A stretch of DNA of 64,000 bases from an uncultured Planctomycetaceae bacterium. Lineage in GTDB: Bacteria; Planctomycetota; Planctomycetia; Planctomycetales; Planctomycetaceae. A program made the translations under genes and the position numbers. Location of the stretch: assembly GCA_963813715.1 (NCBI GenBank), contig CAWFAK010000007.1, positions 832,001 to 896,000 on the forward strand, in the 5' to 3' direction. Shown here piece after piece: positions 34,251 to 45,291 of this stretch; position 1 is the first letter of the stretch, and every line of letters starts with the position of its first letter. The notes beneath the pieces were generated by a model, which was not told the origin of the DNA, made no database searches, and worked only from the letters and a program-made list of their open reading frames with translations.

Positions 34251-35462
34251 ATGAAGGCGTTCTACGGAAAATTGAGCGGCCGGCTTTTTCTGCTCGGATT
34301 GCCGGCAGCAGCTGGTCTGTTGTTTTTAGTCCCTGCCGAAATCAAGGCGCAACTACCCGACGCCGCGCAAGCGACGGAGGCGAGGGGCAATGTCCAGCGC
34401 ATGACGACGACTCCACGGGGAGAGATCGATGGCGCCGTCCTCGATAACGGGACGGCGCTTCACTGGCCTCCCCACATGCAGGACCGATTCGCCAACCTCA
34501 TCAAACAGGGAGACCAGGTTCGGGCCACCGGGCGCTCGGAAACCGGCCCCGCCGGCGACACCCACTTCGAGATTCAGAATGTGACCAATCTCCGGACCAA
34601 CGTTACGGCCGAGAATCCGGATTTCGCAAATGGACCGCCGCTTCCTGGGCGAGGCCCGCGCGGACGAAGGCTGCCTCCGCCACCCCTTGGTTCAAATGCC
34701 GGGCTCGCATTGGACGCCCGAAATCAATCGTCCGCCATTAAGGTTCGCGGTGGTGTCCAACGTATGACCACCGCTCCGCGGGGAGAGATCGACGGAGCAG
34801 TTCTCGACAACGGAACGTGGCTCCATTGGCCGCCGCACATGCAGGCGCAATTCAGCAACGCGATCAAAGCGGGCGATCAGGTTCGAGCGAATCGGCGCAC
34901 AGAAACCGGCCCGGCTGGCGACACGCACTTCGAAGTCCAAAGCGTCACGAACCTGCGATCGAACGCGACGGCCGAGAATCCCGACTATGCATTCGGACCG
35001 CCATCTCCCCCGATCGGCCCGCAGGGTCCTGCGGGCCGGATGCCGCCGGGACCTGCTCCTGCCGGAAACTTCACCGAAGTCCGAGGCACGGTCCGCAGCA
35101 TGACGACGGCGCCACGCGGCGAAGTTGACGGCGCGATGCTGGATAACGGCACGTCGCTTCACTGGCCGCCGCACATGCAAGATCGATTCGCGGCCGCGAT
35201 CAAAGTGGGCGACCAGGTTCGAGCGACCGGGCGCACCGAGACTGGCCCGGCCGGCGATGGGCACTTTGAAGTCCAGAGCGTAACGAATGTGGGAACCAAC
35301 GCCACGGTCGCGAATCCCGATCTGGCGGGTGGCCCGGCAGGAGCGGCGCAGCCGATCATCCCGAATACCGCCATCGAACTGGAGCAAAGGTTACGAGACC
35401 TGGCAAACCAGGTTGAGCAATTACGTCGTGAAGTCGCCGAGCTTCGGGGCGCTAAGAAGTAA
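34251..35462 (+). CDS. Exported protein with three tandem ~80-aa repeats and a C-terminal coiled coil
   Basis: GAGGAG RBS, signal peptide, 3x RG.V..MTT.PRGE.DGA.LDNGT.LHWPPHMQ..F...IK.GDQVRA. Confidence 0.85.
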   Translation: MKAFYGKLSGRLFLLGLPAAAGLLFLVPAEIKAQLPDAAQATEARGNVQRMTTTPRGEIDGAVLDNGTALHWPPHMQDRFANLIKQGDQVRATGRSETGPAGDTHFEIQNVTNLRTNVTAENPDFANGPPLPGRGPRGRRLPPPPLGSNAGLALDARNQSSAIKVRGGVQRMTTAPRGEIDGAVLDNGTWLHWPPHMQAQFSNAIKAGDQVRANRRTETGPAGDTHFEVQSVTNLRSNATAENPDYAFGPPSPPIGPQGPAGRMPPGPAPAGNFTEVRGTVRSMTTAPRGEVDGAMLDNGTSLHWPPHMQDRFAAAIKVGDQVRATGRTETGPAGDGHFEVQSVTNVGTNATVANPDLAGGPAGAAQPIIPNTAIELEQRLRDLANQVEQLRREVAELRGAKK

Positions 35463-35682
35463 TCCTGCATCAAACGCAGGAAAACTCCGGATCATTACCC
35501 GCGTCGTTTTCATCCCCGGTCGGGCTCGCAACTAAGCCGCCCGGCTGAGGATGAAATTGCAATCACCGATCTGGGAACACAGAAATGCCGCACGCCATTG
35601 TCGCAAGAGCCATTCTGTTGGCCGTAAACTGAATCAATCCCCGGAGCGACGGAGTAGACTCCACGTAGGCGGGAGTCTTGTT

Positions 35683-37065
35683 GTGCTGCAAAGACCCAGT
35701 ACATTCTGGCAAACGATCATTGTCTGGCTGCTGTTCCTGGCGTCCGTCGGGACGCTCTTGTTCAACAGCTTTGTCGCATTTCTGTTGCCGCGCCAGGAGC
35801 AATCGGTTCGCGACCTGCTTCGGACGGCCACGTCGAAGCTCGTCCAAGCGGCCGAACCGGACGCCGACCAGTTCTCAACATCCGTCAAACCGCTGTCGCA
35901 AGAAGCGAACCTCCGGCTGGAAACCCTTACCGACAGCGTGTTGCGAAACTATCCGGGAGTCGAAGGCGGATTCTTCGTCAATCACGATCGCGATGAATTC
36001 GCCGGCTACGCGTTTCCAACCGGCCCCGGCGGCGGCCCGCACGGCCCGAAGAGACGCGATCCTCCGCCCCGAGAAGAGCCATATATTCGCCTGCAGGCGC
36101 GGCAAAGCGCTTCACAGGGCGAAGGCAGCATCATCGTGCAATCGCTGGACGTGGGCCCGAGTCGCGTCGTCGTGACCACGTCCCCGGTCGGCGAGAGACG
36201 CCCCGCGCCGCTCGTCGTATGGATGATGTACCGCGTCACCGGCCCCGAGAGCCAACTCGCTCAAGTCACTCGATATCGGCTTTCGACGTTACTGGCGCTA
36301 GGCGGAATCCTGGCCGCGTTGGCATTGACGTGGAATCTGCAGCGAACTCTGCGCCGGGAACGTGAGGATCGTGAGCGGCTGCGCGACGAATTGCGAAGAT
36401 CCGAACACCTGGCGTCTCTCGGCATGCTTTTGGCAAGAGTTGCCCACGAAGTTCGCAACCCGCTAGCCGGGATTAGATCGACCGCTCAGCTCTGGAAACG
36501 ATTGCCAGAGGAGTCCCGGACGCCAGAATCGCTGGACGCAGTCGTTGACGCGGTCGACCGTATCAATGCCTTGGTATCCCAGTTACTTTACTTCTCTCGT
36601 TCTGAAACTGCTGCTCGCCAAAGCGTGGATTTGAACGACGTTGTTCGCGAAGCGTTCGAGCTGCTGCGAGCGCAGGCGGCACAGCAAAACGTGCGTGTGG
36701 ACGTCGACTTGGAGCCCGATCTTCCCAAGATTCGCGGGTCCGCCGCAGGTTTGCGACAAGTGGTCTTGAATCTGGCCACGAATGCCCTGCAAGCCATTCC
36801 GCAATCGGGGCGTCTCGCCTGCCGAACTCGGCACCTCGCGTCCACTCATGTTGTCGAGCTCGAAATCGCCGACACTGGACCGGGCATCGATCCGGAGGTC
36901 CGCGCGCGGCTCTTCGAGCCGTTTTTCACGATGCGCCCCCAGGGAACTGGACTTGGCCTTTCCCTCTGCCGCGAAATCGTATTGCAACACGACGGAACAA
37001 TCGACCTCATCCCGGCAACACCGCATGGGACCGTTTGCCGAGTCGTGCTCCCAGTCGAAGAATGA
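35683..37065 (+). CDS. Membrane sensor histidine kinase
   Basis: Two TMs, [29 protein letters not shown]; start approximate. Confidence 0.92.
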   Translation: MLQRPSTFWQTIIVWLLFLASVGTLLFNSFVAFLLPRQEQSVRDLLRTATSKLVQAAEPDADQFSTSVKPLSQEANLRLETLTDSVLRNYPGVEGGFFVNHDRDEFAGYAFPTGPGGGPHGPKRRDPPPREEPYIRLQARQSASQGEGSIIVQSLDVGPSRVVVTTSPVGERRPAPLVVWMMYRVTGPESQLAQVTRYRLSTLLALGGILAALALTWNLQRTLRREREDRERLRDELRRSEHLASLGMLLARVAHEVRNPLAGIRSTAQLWKRLPEESRTPESLDAVVDAVDRINALVSQLLYFSRSETAARQSVDLNDVVREAFELLRAQAAQQNVRVDVDLEPDLPKIRGSAAGLRQVVLNLATNALQAIPQSGRLACRTRHLASTHVVELEIADTGPGIDPEVRARLFEPFFTMRPQGTGLGLSLCREIVLQHDGTIDLIPATPHGTVCRVVLPVEE

Positions 37066-37112
37066 CGGTCATCTTCATTAAGACAACGACGCCGTGGGCG
37101 AGGATCTTTTGA

Positions 37113-38486
37113 ATGAACCGCCAAACCGATCGCCCAACCATCCTGATCGCTGACGACGATCCGACGATTCGACGCAACCTCGCGATGCTGCTTCAGTCAG
37201 AAAAGTTTGACGTTCGCGAAGCGGCGGATGGTCTTCAAGCCGCCGAGGCGTTGGCGACCGGCTCCATCTCGCTCGCGCTGCTGGATCTGAACATGCCCGG
37301 CCGCGACGGCATGGACGTACTTCGCGCGCACGCGGACCACCTGGAAGAGACGCCGGTGATCGTGATTACGGCCTACGGCGGCTCGAGCGCCGCCATCGAA
37401 GCAATGAAGCTCGGCGCTTACGACTACATCACAAAGCCCTTCGACCTCGATGAAGTACTGTTCACGATTCGCCGGGCTCTGACCCAACAGGCGCTCATCG
37501 CGCAAGTCCAATCGATGTCGACCGAGAATCCCCGCATCGTCGAGGTTCAATCAGACGACGAATTAATCGGGCACAGTGCGGCCATGCTTCACGTCTTCAA
37601 AACGATCGGCCGCGTCGCGACGACGAGCGAACCCGTGCTGATCGCGGGCGAGAGCGGGACGGGCAAGGAGCTGGTCGCGAACGCCATTCACCGCAGCTCG
37701 ACGCGATCCGACAAGCCGTTCATCAAGGTCAATAGCGCGGCGATCAGTCCCGCGCTTCTGGAAAGCGAGATGTTCGGGCACGAGCGGGGCGCATTTACGG
37801 GAGCCGTCGCACAGCGCGTCGGTCGCTTTGAGCAAGCGGACGGCGGCACCTTGTTCCTGGATGAAATCGGTGACATGGACAGGGAACTCCAGGCTAAGCT
37901 GCTGCGTGTTTTGCAAGCCGGACAATTTGAGCGCGTTGGCGGTCAGCAAACGATCCAGACCGACGTCCGCGTCATTTCTGCGACCAACCGCGATCTGGAA
38001 GCGAAAATCGTTGAAGGAACTTTTCGCGAGGACCTGCTCTACCGACTCAACGTCGTGACCATCCACTTGCCGCCCCTTCGCGAGCGCCGCGAGGACATTC
38101 CGTTGATAGCAGAACACGTCATCCGGCGCTTGGCACGCAAATACGATTGGCCGCAATTGGCCCTTTCGGAAGATGCCGCGCGACTACTTTCGACACGTGC
38201 TTGGCCTGGGAATGTCCGAGAGCTGCAAAATGCTCTCGCGCGGGCGGCGATCCTTTCGCGAGGACGAATAATTGAGGTGACCGATCTTGAACTCGAAGCG
38301 AACCGCGCAAAAAGTCAGCCTGCGGCTGCATTCGCGTTGCGCGACATTCTTGCGGAGACGGAGCGTCGCGTGATCGGGCAAGCCCTTGAGCATGCGGAAT
38401 GGAATCGCACCAATGCCGCGAAACTCCTGGGCATCAGCCGTCGCCAACTCTTCGACAAAATTCAACAATACGGCCTGCAAAAGTAG
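37113..38486 (+). CDS. Sigma-54-dependent response regulator, NtrC family
   Basis: [29 protein letters not shown], Fis-type HTH. Confidence 0.95.
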   Translation: MNRQTDRPTILIADDDPTIRRNLAMLLQSEKFDVREAADGLQAAEALATGSISLALLDLNMPGRDGMDVLRAHADHLEETPVIVITAYGGSSAAIEAMKLGAYDYITKPFDLDEVLFTIRRALTQQALIAQVQSMSTENPRIVEVQSDDELIGHSAAMLHVFKTIGRVATTSEPVLIAGESGTGKELVANAIHRSSTRSDKPFIKVNSAAISPALLESEMFGHERGAFTGAVAQRVGRFEQADGGTLFLDEIGDMDRELQAKLLRVLQAGQFERVGGQQTIQTDVRVISATNRDLEAKIVEGTFREDLLYRLNVVTIHLPPLRERREDIPLIAEHVIRRLARKYDWPQLALSEDAARLLSTRAWPGNVRELQNALARAAILSRGRIIEVTDLELEANRAKSQPAAAFALRDILAETERRVIGQALEHAEWNRTNAAKLLGISRRQLFDKIQQYGLQK

Positions 38487-38687
38487 AGTTTTCGTGAATC
38501 AATCAAACACGGTTAGAGTTGATTGCCGATGGCAATCGATTTGACCGTCCATGAAAGACCAGGGATGGCGGACAGGCAGATCGCAAGTCGCCTGTTGATC
38601 CTTTGCACAAACAATCCAGCTGGAGCCCGACCGTTGTGCCGGCTATAACCAGCATCTCGAGGACAATGGAGCCCGGGGAGTGCTGGC

Positions 38688-38879
38688 GTGGATCGGGTCG
38701 TGACTTATCTGGAGGCGATCGAAGAGATTAGCCGTACCCAGCGCCGACACAAGACAAGCAACGACGCGAACACTTTGGCGCAGCTCGAAAGTGCCCTAGG
38801 TGTCGCCAAGGCGGCCTGGCTGCTGATTCCAAACGAGTGGCAAGCGCGACTGCATCCACCGCCGGAGCGCACGGACTAG
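38688..38879 (+). CDS. Possible small hypothetical protein
   Basis: GGGGAG before GTG; helical-looking 63 aa ending in HPPPE; no family recognised. Confidence 0.35.
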   Translation: MDRVVTYLEAIEEISRTQRRHKTSNDANTLAQLESALGVAKAAWLLIPNEWQARLHPPPERTD

Positions 38880-39160
38880 GCAGTAGCCTCGATCGGCCGG
38901 CACGACCTAAACGTGCTGCAATCCTTGTTTCATCTTCTTCGATTGCGGTTTTCGTCTGTTTGGGTCGTTCACTGGGACCCGATCAAAGCCCGCGTCGCCT
39001 TCCGAATCGGCGCCGGCAGACCGTCCCGGGCTGCGATGACACGTTGCAGATCAACATCAGGCACACGATTGTCTCACTCGCGCGCGGCCTGGCTTCCGTA
39101 CGAACACTAGTAGCCTGATGCCAGAAGAGGATTGAACAAAAAGCGCCTTACAACCCTCCC

Positions 39161-39391
39161 CTAGGACCTGCAATCGATGCGAGCGTCCGTATCGAGCGGC
39201 TCGACGGAAACCCGAAATCCCGCCGAAATGAAGTCGCCGGGAAGCTTGGCAATTGCACCCAATGCGTCGTCCCGATTCTCAAAAATCTGGGCATTCGTCT
39301 GCGTGCCAAGCGCTCGCTCGCCGCCACTGTTAGGCGCCGTGAGCCAGAACTTTGCGCCAGTGGAAGTCGTGGCCGTAACCGCGAATCGCAT
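39161..39391 (-). CDS. Small hypothetical protein, paralog of 3296..3571
   Basis: GGAGG upstream of ATG; ungapped similarity to 3296..3571. Confidence 0.7.
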   Translation of the reverse strand: MRFAVTATTSTGAKFWLTAPNSGGERALGTQTNAQIFENRDDALGAIAKLPGDFISAGFRVSVEPLDTDARIDCRS

Positions 39392-39629
39392 TCCTGGGCC
39401 CTCCGGTCAAATGCTGATCGCCCCAGCATGGGTGCGAAGCGCCCTGAAATCAAGAGGTGCTTTTCGGGTTGCTTATCCCACAACGACAGGCGAAGGACCA
39501 CCTAACCGCGACGCGTTAGCATCGAACCGCGTCGATTCGCACCCGTCCGATTCTTTGGAAAGTCATCGGGGGCATCGCTTTTGCTCTAGGGAGACCGGCG
39601 GCGTTCGGTCGAGGCAGGAGTGGTCAAAA

Positions 39630-41165
39630 ATGACGCCCAAGGAAACGAACCCCGTCCGGTGGACGGACGAAGAGCGATGGCAGTTCTTGATGGAGAACGT
39701 CAAGGACTATGGGATTTTCATGCTCGACCCGGAAGGCAGCATCGTCACCTGGAGCATCGGGGCCGAACGCATCTTAGGCTACAAGGAAGAGGAGATCCTG
39801 GGCCGCAATTTTTGTGAGATATTCACTTCTCACGACGTCAGCAAGGATCAGCCGAGGCTCGAGCTATCCGAGGCCCGTCAAAAGGGCCGAGCCGAGGATG
39901 AACGCTGGCACGTTCGCAAGGACGGCTCGCGTTTTTGGGCAAGTGGAGTAGTGAGTCCCCTGTGGGACGATCACGGATCGCTGCGAGGCTTCGCCAAAGT
40001 TCTTCGCGACATCACCGAACGCAAGCGGTATGAAGACCGAATCGCCGAAGAGAACCAGCGGAAGGACGAATTCCTCGCGATGTTGTCGCATGAATTGCGC
40101 AATCCGCTAGCCGCCATCTCCAACGCGGCGCGTCTACTTAGGCTGGAACAAACATCGTCCACCGTGGACGATGCGGCCAGCATCATCGAGCGCCAGATCA
40201 GCGGGTTAGTTGAGCTGGTCAATGATCTGACCGACGTTTCGAGGATGACGACCGGTAAGATCCAGCTGCATGTGGAACGAGTTCAGTTGAATGACGTCGT
40301 GAGCCGAGCTGTCGAATCGGTTCAGCACGTTTTGGGCGAGCGCCATCATCAGCTTGCGATCTCAGTCCCCCACGAAGCGATCTGGGTCAACGCCGACGCA
40401 AATCGATTACAGCAAGCGTTAGCAAACGTACTGAACAACGCGGCCAAATACACCGATCCTGGTGGACGGATTAGCGTGGCCGTGGAACGGCTCGGGAATG
40501 AGGCGTTCGTCAAGATTAAGGACAATGGGACAGGGATTTCGGCGGAGATGTTGGATCGCATTTTCGAGCTCTTCATTCAAGCCGACCGATCGCTTGACCG
40601 TTCGCAGGGAGGCTTGGGCATCGGTCTCGCTCTCGTTCGTCGATTAGTCGAGATGCACGGTGGCAGAATCCAGGCATTCAGCGCTGGCAACGGTCAGGGC
40701 AGTGAATTTGTCATCCGGCTGCCGGTTGTGCCCGAAGTAACCGCACCGGATTCCCAAGCACAGAGTGAGCCCATTGCTCCAGGCAAAGAACTGCAGCTCG
40801 TTTTGGCGGAAGACAACCGCGACACTGCGCAAACAATGGCGTTGCTCCTAAAGGGATTGGGCCACAAAGTCCGCGTCTTTTACGACGGCCCGGCGGCGCT
40901 TCAAGCAGTGCAGGGCAACAAACCGGACGTTTTACTTCTCGATCTCGGCCTTCCTGGGCTAAACGGTTTTGAGGTCGCCGAGCGTGTGCGGCAAGACCGG
41001 GCGTTGGACACTGTTCATCTAATCGCCATTTCTGGCTACGGCCAGTCCCAGGATCGCGAGCGATCGCGAGCGGCCGGATTCGAACGCCATTTGGTCAAGC
41101 CCGTCAGCCTCGAACAAGTTCAGGACGTGTTGAGCCAATTGATCGGGGAAGAAGATCAAAAGTGA
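39630..41165 (+). CDS. Cytoplasmic PAS-domain hybrid histidine kinase/response regulator
   Basis: AGGAG RBS; PAS (DYGIFMLDPEG..RKDGSRFW), LSHELRNPL, GGLGIGL, C-terminal REC. Confidence 0.93.
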   Translation: MTPKETNPVRWTDEERWQFLMENVKDYGIFMLDPEGSIVTWSIGAERILGYKEEEILGRNFCEIFTSHDVSKDQPRLELSEARQKGRAEDERWHVRKDGSRFWASGVVSPLWDDHGSLRGFAKVLRDITERKRYEDRIAEENQRKDEFLAMLSHELRNPLAAISNAARLLRLEQTSSTVDDAASIIERQISGLVELVNDLTDVSRMTTGKIQLHVERVQLNDVVSRAVESVQHVLGERHHQLAISVPHEAIWVNADANRLQQALANVLNNAAKYTDPGGRISVAVERLGNEAFVKIKDNGTGISAEMLDRIFELFIQADRSLDRSQGGLGIGLALVRRLVEMHGGRIQAFSAGNGQGSEFVIRLPVVPEVTAPDSQAQSEPIAPGKELQLVLAEDNRDTAQTMALLLKGLGHKVRVFYDGPAALQAVQGNKPDVLLLDLGLPGLNGFEVAERVRQDRALDTVHLIAISGYGQSQDRERSRAAGFERHLVKPVSLEQVQDVLSQLIGEEDQK

Positions 41166-41730
41166 CCGCTGCCACGAAAAAATGCCTCGATGTCAGGACT
41201 CTGAGTTCACTTTCACCTTGCCCCTCTGTCCAAGCGCTCTCCACGTCCTAATTCAAGCAGGTCCTTCACATCGTTCTTGGTACGATGCCTAGTTTCCGAA
41301 TTGCGCTTGACGATGGACCTCGAAGAGGGAGGACACTCTGGTCGCTCCTTCGCAATTAGCAGAGGGTGGGGCGAACCTAGCGCCAGGGAGAAATCGTCGC
41401 GGCGACCGAACTGTGTGGCGCGCTTGTGGAAAAGCGGTGCCGGGACAGATGAGGCTGTCAGGACTGATCCTGTGCACTTCATTCGACCGGCCGGCGTGTT
41501 GAGCCAGCCATCGACGGCTCGCCGGACTTGGCACCGAGGTCTTCGATCGGCGGATAGTGGAGAGCGAGGGATACGACGACGCGCTGCGGCATTCAGGCTA
41601 ACTCAACCGCTTTCCGCAAACGCCAACAAACGCGAGCCAAGAACTCGCACCCGTCCCCCCCCGCGCCGCAGCCCAATGGCAATCGCACCGCGTAAGCCGC
41701 GCACGATCACTTTGCTTTGTGCTGGTCCAC

Positions 41731-41768
41731 AATCTCAAGCGTTTTCTGCGGACGCCGAAAATCGACCC
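41731..41768 (+). repeat. Island repeat R7 (box A only)
   Basis: AATCTCAAGCGTTTTCTGCGGACGCCGAAAATCGACC. Confidence 0.8.
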
Positions 41769-41796
41769 GGTTCAGCTCACGATCTCTGCTTCGAGC

Positions 41797-43074
41797 TTAG
41801 AGGTCTGGCGGAGCGACCTCGAAGCAATCGATGCCGAAGTCGCTCCCTGTCGACTTCGGGCCCTTGCCCACGATCTCGAACCGGATCATATGCCGGCCGG
41901 CCTGAAGACTCTTGGTCGTCAGGATGACGCGTCCGCTGGCGATCGGCCTGGGTGCGTAGAGATCGAGGAAGTCACCCAGGCGCTCGCCGTCCAGCGATGG
42001 TTGAATCCGGCCGAAATCCGGGGCCATCGTCAGGTAAACGCTCAGTTGATATCGGTCCGTCTTCGCGATTGGCAAGGCGAGGACCAGTGCATCTCCGGGT
42101 TTCCCACCGACATGGAGCTGAGCGTCACCACTCCAATTGGCCCGGCCGAACTCCTCCATGCGCTGCACGTTAGTCCGGACCCCGCTTCGCTCGACGATCT
42201 CAGCGGTCTCGGCCTCCAGCGGAGATCTCCATGCCAGTTTCGCTGTCAACAGCATCCCGGATTGCAGGCGCCGCTGGACGAACCACCTCACGATTTCGAC
42301 TTGCTGCCGCGAGAGCGTCTTCGAGGAGTTGTACCAGTATCCCATGATGTTCTTGCGATCGAACGTGATTCTTTTTCCCTCGAGGACGACGCTCGACGCC
42401 CGATCGCACTGAATGGCTCTGATGAATGGATCCGGCGGCGTGTCCGAGAGGCCGTCCCCGTCGAAACTGGACACCTCACCGTGGTGATCCCTCAGCCACG
42501 CATCGGCCTGGGCGACGGTCTCAAACTCTCTTGCGAAGGTATGCGACAGCCCCAGGTAATGACCGACTTCGTGCGCGAAGACGCCGATATTCTGCCTCCC
42601 GCAAATGGTCGTCACCTCGAACCCAGGCATCACAACGAAGTCGTAATCAACCCACGAGAACCCGCCACCAGTGGGTCGAGGGCCGGGTCCATGGCGGAAG
42701 ATCAACGTCAGCTTGCCGGAGTGCTCGGCCGCCAGCTGATTGCCCGCCCGCTTGAATTGAAGCCAATCGCGGTCGCCGGTGCCGGTCGGATTGTTCAAGA
42801 GCGTGCTTTTCCGCTCGATCATTCCGTCGGATGTCTTGTAGAGGAAATGAATTCCTGTGGAGGCGTAGACTTGATTTCCGCGGTCGACCCACCGCTTGAC
42901 CTGGGCCGGGGAGATCGCGGCCGGACGCCCGCCATCGTCGTCCGAGACTCGCACCGCCAGAATCGGGACGGTTGCCCGAAACAACGCGCGATCATCGGCC
43001 GTTTCGGCCAATAGCACCGCGATCGCCAGACCCACCACTGCGTGCACGGCCGTCCTCGGATTAGGAACCGACAT
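41797..43074 (-). CDS. Exported M43-like (metzincin) zinc metallopeptidase with a C-terminal beta-sandwich domain
   Basis: Signal peptide; HEVGHYLGLSHTF; DGLSDTPPD; NIMGY Met-turn. Confidence 0.85.
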   Translation of the reverse strand: MSVPNPRTAVHAVVGLAIAVLLAETADDRALFRATVPILAVRVSDDDGGRPAAISPAQVKRWVDRGNQVYASTGIHFLYKTSDGMIERKSTLLNNPTGTGDRDWLQFKRAGNQLAAEHSGKLTLIFRHGPGPRPTGGGFSWVDYDFVVMPGFEVTTICGRQNIGVFAHEVGHYLGLSHTFAREFETVAQADAWLRDHHGEVSSFDGDGLSDTPPDPFIRAIQCDRASSVVLEGKRITFDRKNIMGYWYNSSKTLSRQQVEIVRWFVQRRLQSGMLLTAKLAWRSPLEAETAEIVERSGVRTNVQRMEEFGRANWSGDAQLHVGGKPGDALVLALPIAKTDRYQLSVYLTMAPDFGRIQPSLDGERLGDFLDLYAPRPIASGRVILTTKSLQAGRHMIRFEIVGKGPKSTGSDFGIDCFEVAPPDL

Positions 43075-43273
43075 TGACCAGCTGGATTCTCATCAGGCGC
43101 TGGTTCAAATGGTCGACGCCCAACCTACGCCGATGGGATCGGTGAATCAACGATTTGGCCTCTCCCCAACGTCTTCCAGTGCTCTCGCAACATACCATCA
43201 GAGACCGAGGAAAGCTTCGATTGATGCTTTCGGCGTCAGGTGGATCAGGCCTGGTCGGCGGCGCGTTCCGCGA

Positions 43274-43428
43274 GACTCAAACATTTTCTGGGAACCCCGG
43301 GCACCCGAAACTCATCCGTTTTTCGCCACGCTGTTCCGCGTCCCGGATTCTCATACGTTTTGGCGGAATCCGGCCTCAGGCGGCGAGAGCGATCAAAACG
43401 CCCTGAAATCGGCGGCAGAATTCGAACG
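43274..43428 (+). repeat. Island repeat copy R8 (A-B-C-D, box D cut)
   Basis: Highly similar to R1 over about 125 bp: GAAACTCATCCGTTTTTCGCCAC..CTCATACGTTTTGGCGGAATCCGGCCTCA..GAATTCGAACG. Confidence 0.9.
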
Positions 43429-43560
43429 GGCCTGTTGAAAAAGGGCAAATAATTGTCGTTGTTCAGCCTCACCGACTTGATCGGCCACACCCCAAGCCGC
43501 TCCTGGCGTAGAACTTCGGCCTCCCCGAATCGGCCTTCGACGGGTTCGCTCCTGATCGAT
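43429..43560 (-). mobile_element. Possible IS1182/IS5-type right-end remnant
   Basis: GGCCTGTTGAAAAA end-like sequence; minus strand RSEPVEGRFGEA...PFFNRP resembles the C-terminus of those transposases. Confidence 0.4.
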
Positions 43561-43850
43561 TGGCCTGGAAGCGATCGCGTCTCCTCATTGTCGTCGGGTG
43601 GCCCACTATCAGATCGCACGTCACAAAGTCGTCGGCCCCCGGAAGAGTGGGGGATCCGATTCAGCCTGAGGGGCCATTCAATCGTCGAGCCGCAGGCAAA
43701 TCGATCCAGTTTGTTTTGCTTTTTCGTATCCATGTTGTGACGAGGTTGCCCTGCTGAGCGAATCACAGAGTGTAGTGAACTCAGCGATGGGAATGGGCGA
43801 TCGCGATGCAGGCTCGACTCGCACCATGTAAGCCCGATGAACTGGCGACT

Positions 43851-44378
43851 ATGGACCCGCCGGCCTCAGACCACGAACACTTTCTTTCGCTTTTGGAATC
43901 CCACCAGCGGCCATTATTCAAGGTCTGTTGGACGTACGGCAGGACGTCGCACGATCGAGATGACTTGTTTCAGGAAATCGTCGGGCGGCTGTGGACATCG
44001 TTTGCGAAGTACGACCGCAGTCGCAAGTTTTCGACATGGATGTATCGCGTGGCGCTGAACGTCGCAATCGACTTTCGAAGAAGGCAGCAGCGATGGGGAA
44101 GGGAGACGAGCCTCGACGAAGGCGGGGCGGCAGTTCCAGCCGAGGCACCTGACGACGCGACGAAGCGACAACAATTGCGTGAGCTGCGAGAGCTGTTGGA
44201 GCGACAACGCGATGCGGACCGCGCCATTCTGCTCTTGTACCTGGAAGGACACTCGTACCGCGAAATCGGCGAGGTCCTCGGCACGAGTGAATCGAACGTC
44301 GGCACGCGTCTGAACCGCCTGAAGACTTCGCTTCGGCAATCCGTTCAAGGGCCGTCAGACGAAAAGGGAGACGTGTAG
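43851..44378 (+). CDS. ECF RNA polymerase sigma-70 factor
   Basis: DDLFQEI, FSTWMYRVALN, YLEGHSYREIGEVLG.SESNVGTRLNR. Confidence 0.93.
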   Translation: MDPPASDHEHFLSLLESHQRPLFKVCWTYGRTSHDRDDLFQEIVGRLWTSFAKYDRSRKFSTWMYRVALNVAIDFRRRQQRWGRETSLDEGGAAVPAEAPDDATKRQQLRELRELLERQRDADRAILLLYLEGHSYREIGEVLGTSESNVGTRLNRLKTSLRQSVQGPSDEKGDV

Positions 44379-44380
44379 CG

Positions 44381-45082
44381 ATGCAGTTCGAAGAATTGCA
44401 GCAAGAATGGCAAAGGTTCGATCAGAAGCTCGATCGTTCGCTGGCCCTGCAGGCCGAAGTTGTGCGCCGAGTCGTGATGCAGCCAGCGCGCCGTCGCGTC
44501 AATCGCTTCGCGATTTGGCCCGTGATTGACCTCGTGTTCTGTGCAGTTGGGCTCCTGCTCGCAGGGTCCTCTCTTGGCAAGCATTGGCGCAACTGGCAGG
44601 TTGCGGCGCCTGCAATCGTAGTCATGATCAGCGCCATCGCACTGGCGGCCAGCAGCATACTTCAGCTCCAGCGTGTGGCTGAGTTGGATTGGTGTGGACC
44701 GGTCGCCGAACTCCAGACTGCTCTGGAACGACTTCGGACCACGAAGATTCGGCAGTTCAAATGGATCATCCTGTTTTCGCCGTTCGTCGGCTTCTGCGCA
44801 TTAATGGTGGGACTGCACTGGCTCTTCGAGTGGTTGTCGGATGACCGCGTCCACATCCTCGACAAGCTCGATCCGCGGTGGATCGTCGCCAACTATGTCT
44901 TTGGTCTGCTGTTCGTGCCGCTGGGCTACTTTGTCGCCCGTCGTCTCGCAGAGCGGTGTCGTCGTCAGCGATGGTGGCAAACGGCACTCGATGATATCTC
45001 CGGAAAGAGCCTCAAGTCGGCGGCTCGCGATGTGGATCGTTGGGCGAGCTTGCAGGACGAGGCATCTAATCACAGCGTCTGA
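44381..45082 (+). CDS. Membrane protein, probable anti-sigma factor
   Basis: Directly follows the ECF gene; MQFEELQQEWQ N-terminus; four hydrophobic helices. Confidence 0.75.
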   Translation: MQFEELQQEWQRFDQKLDRSLALQAEVVRRVVMQPARRRVNRFAIWPVIDLVFCAVGLLLAGSSLGKHWRNWQVAAPAIVVMISAIALAASSILQLQRVAELDWCGPVAELQTALERLRTTKIRQFKWIILFSPFVGFCALMVGLHWLFEWLSDDRVHILDKLDPRWIVANYVFGLLFVPLGYFVARRLAERCRRQRWWQTALDDISGKSLKSAARDVDRWASLQDEASNHSV

Positions 45083-45291
45083 GACATGACGGCATCCGGC
45101 TTGATCGCCGACGCTCGCCGGTGAAGTAGAGCCGGAGGGTCTGCCCCGCGATTTTGCGATTACGGGACCGGTCTAGCATTTTCTGCGTCAGTTTCAGAGA
45201 TCTGCCAACGCTCTCGAAGTGATCCGCCCGCGGCGTCAACAGTGGGTCGATCGAGACATCGAGCGCGCCCGTAGCGCGTTTAACGTCACAG

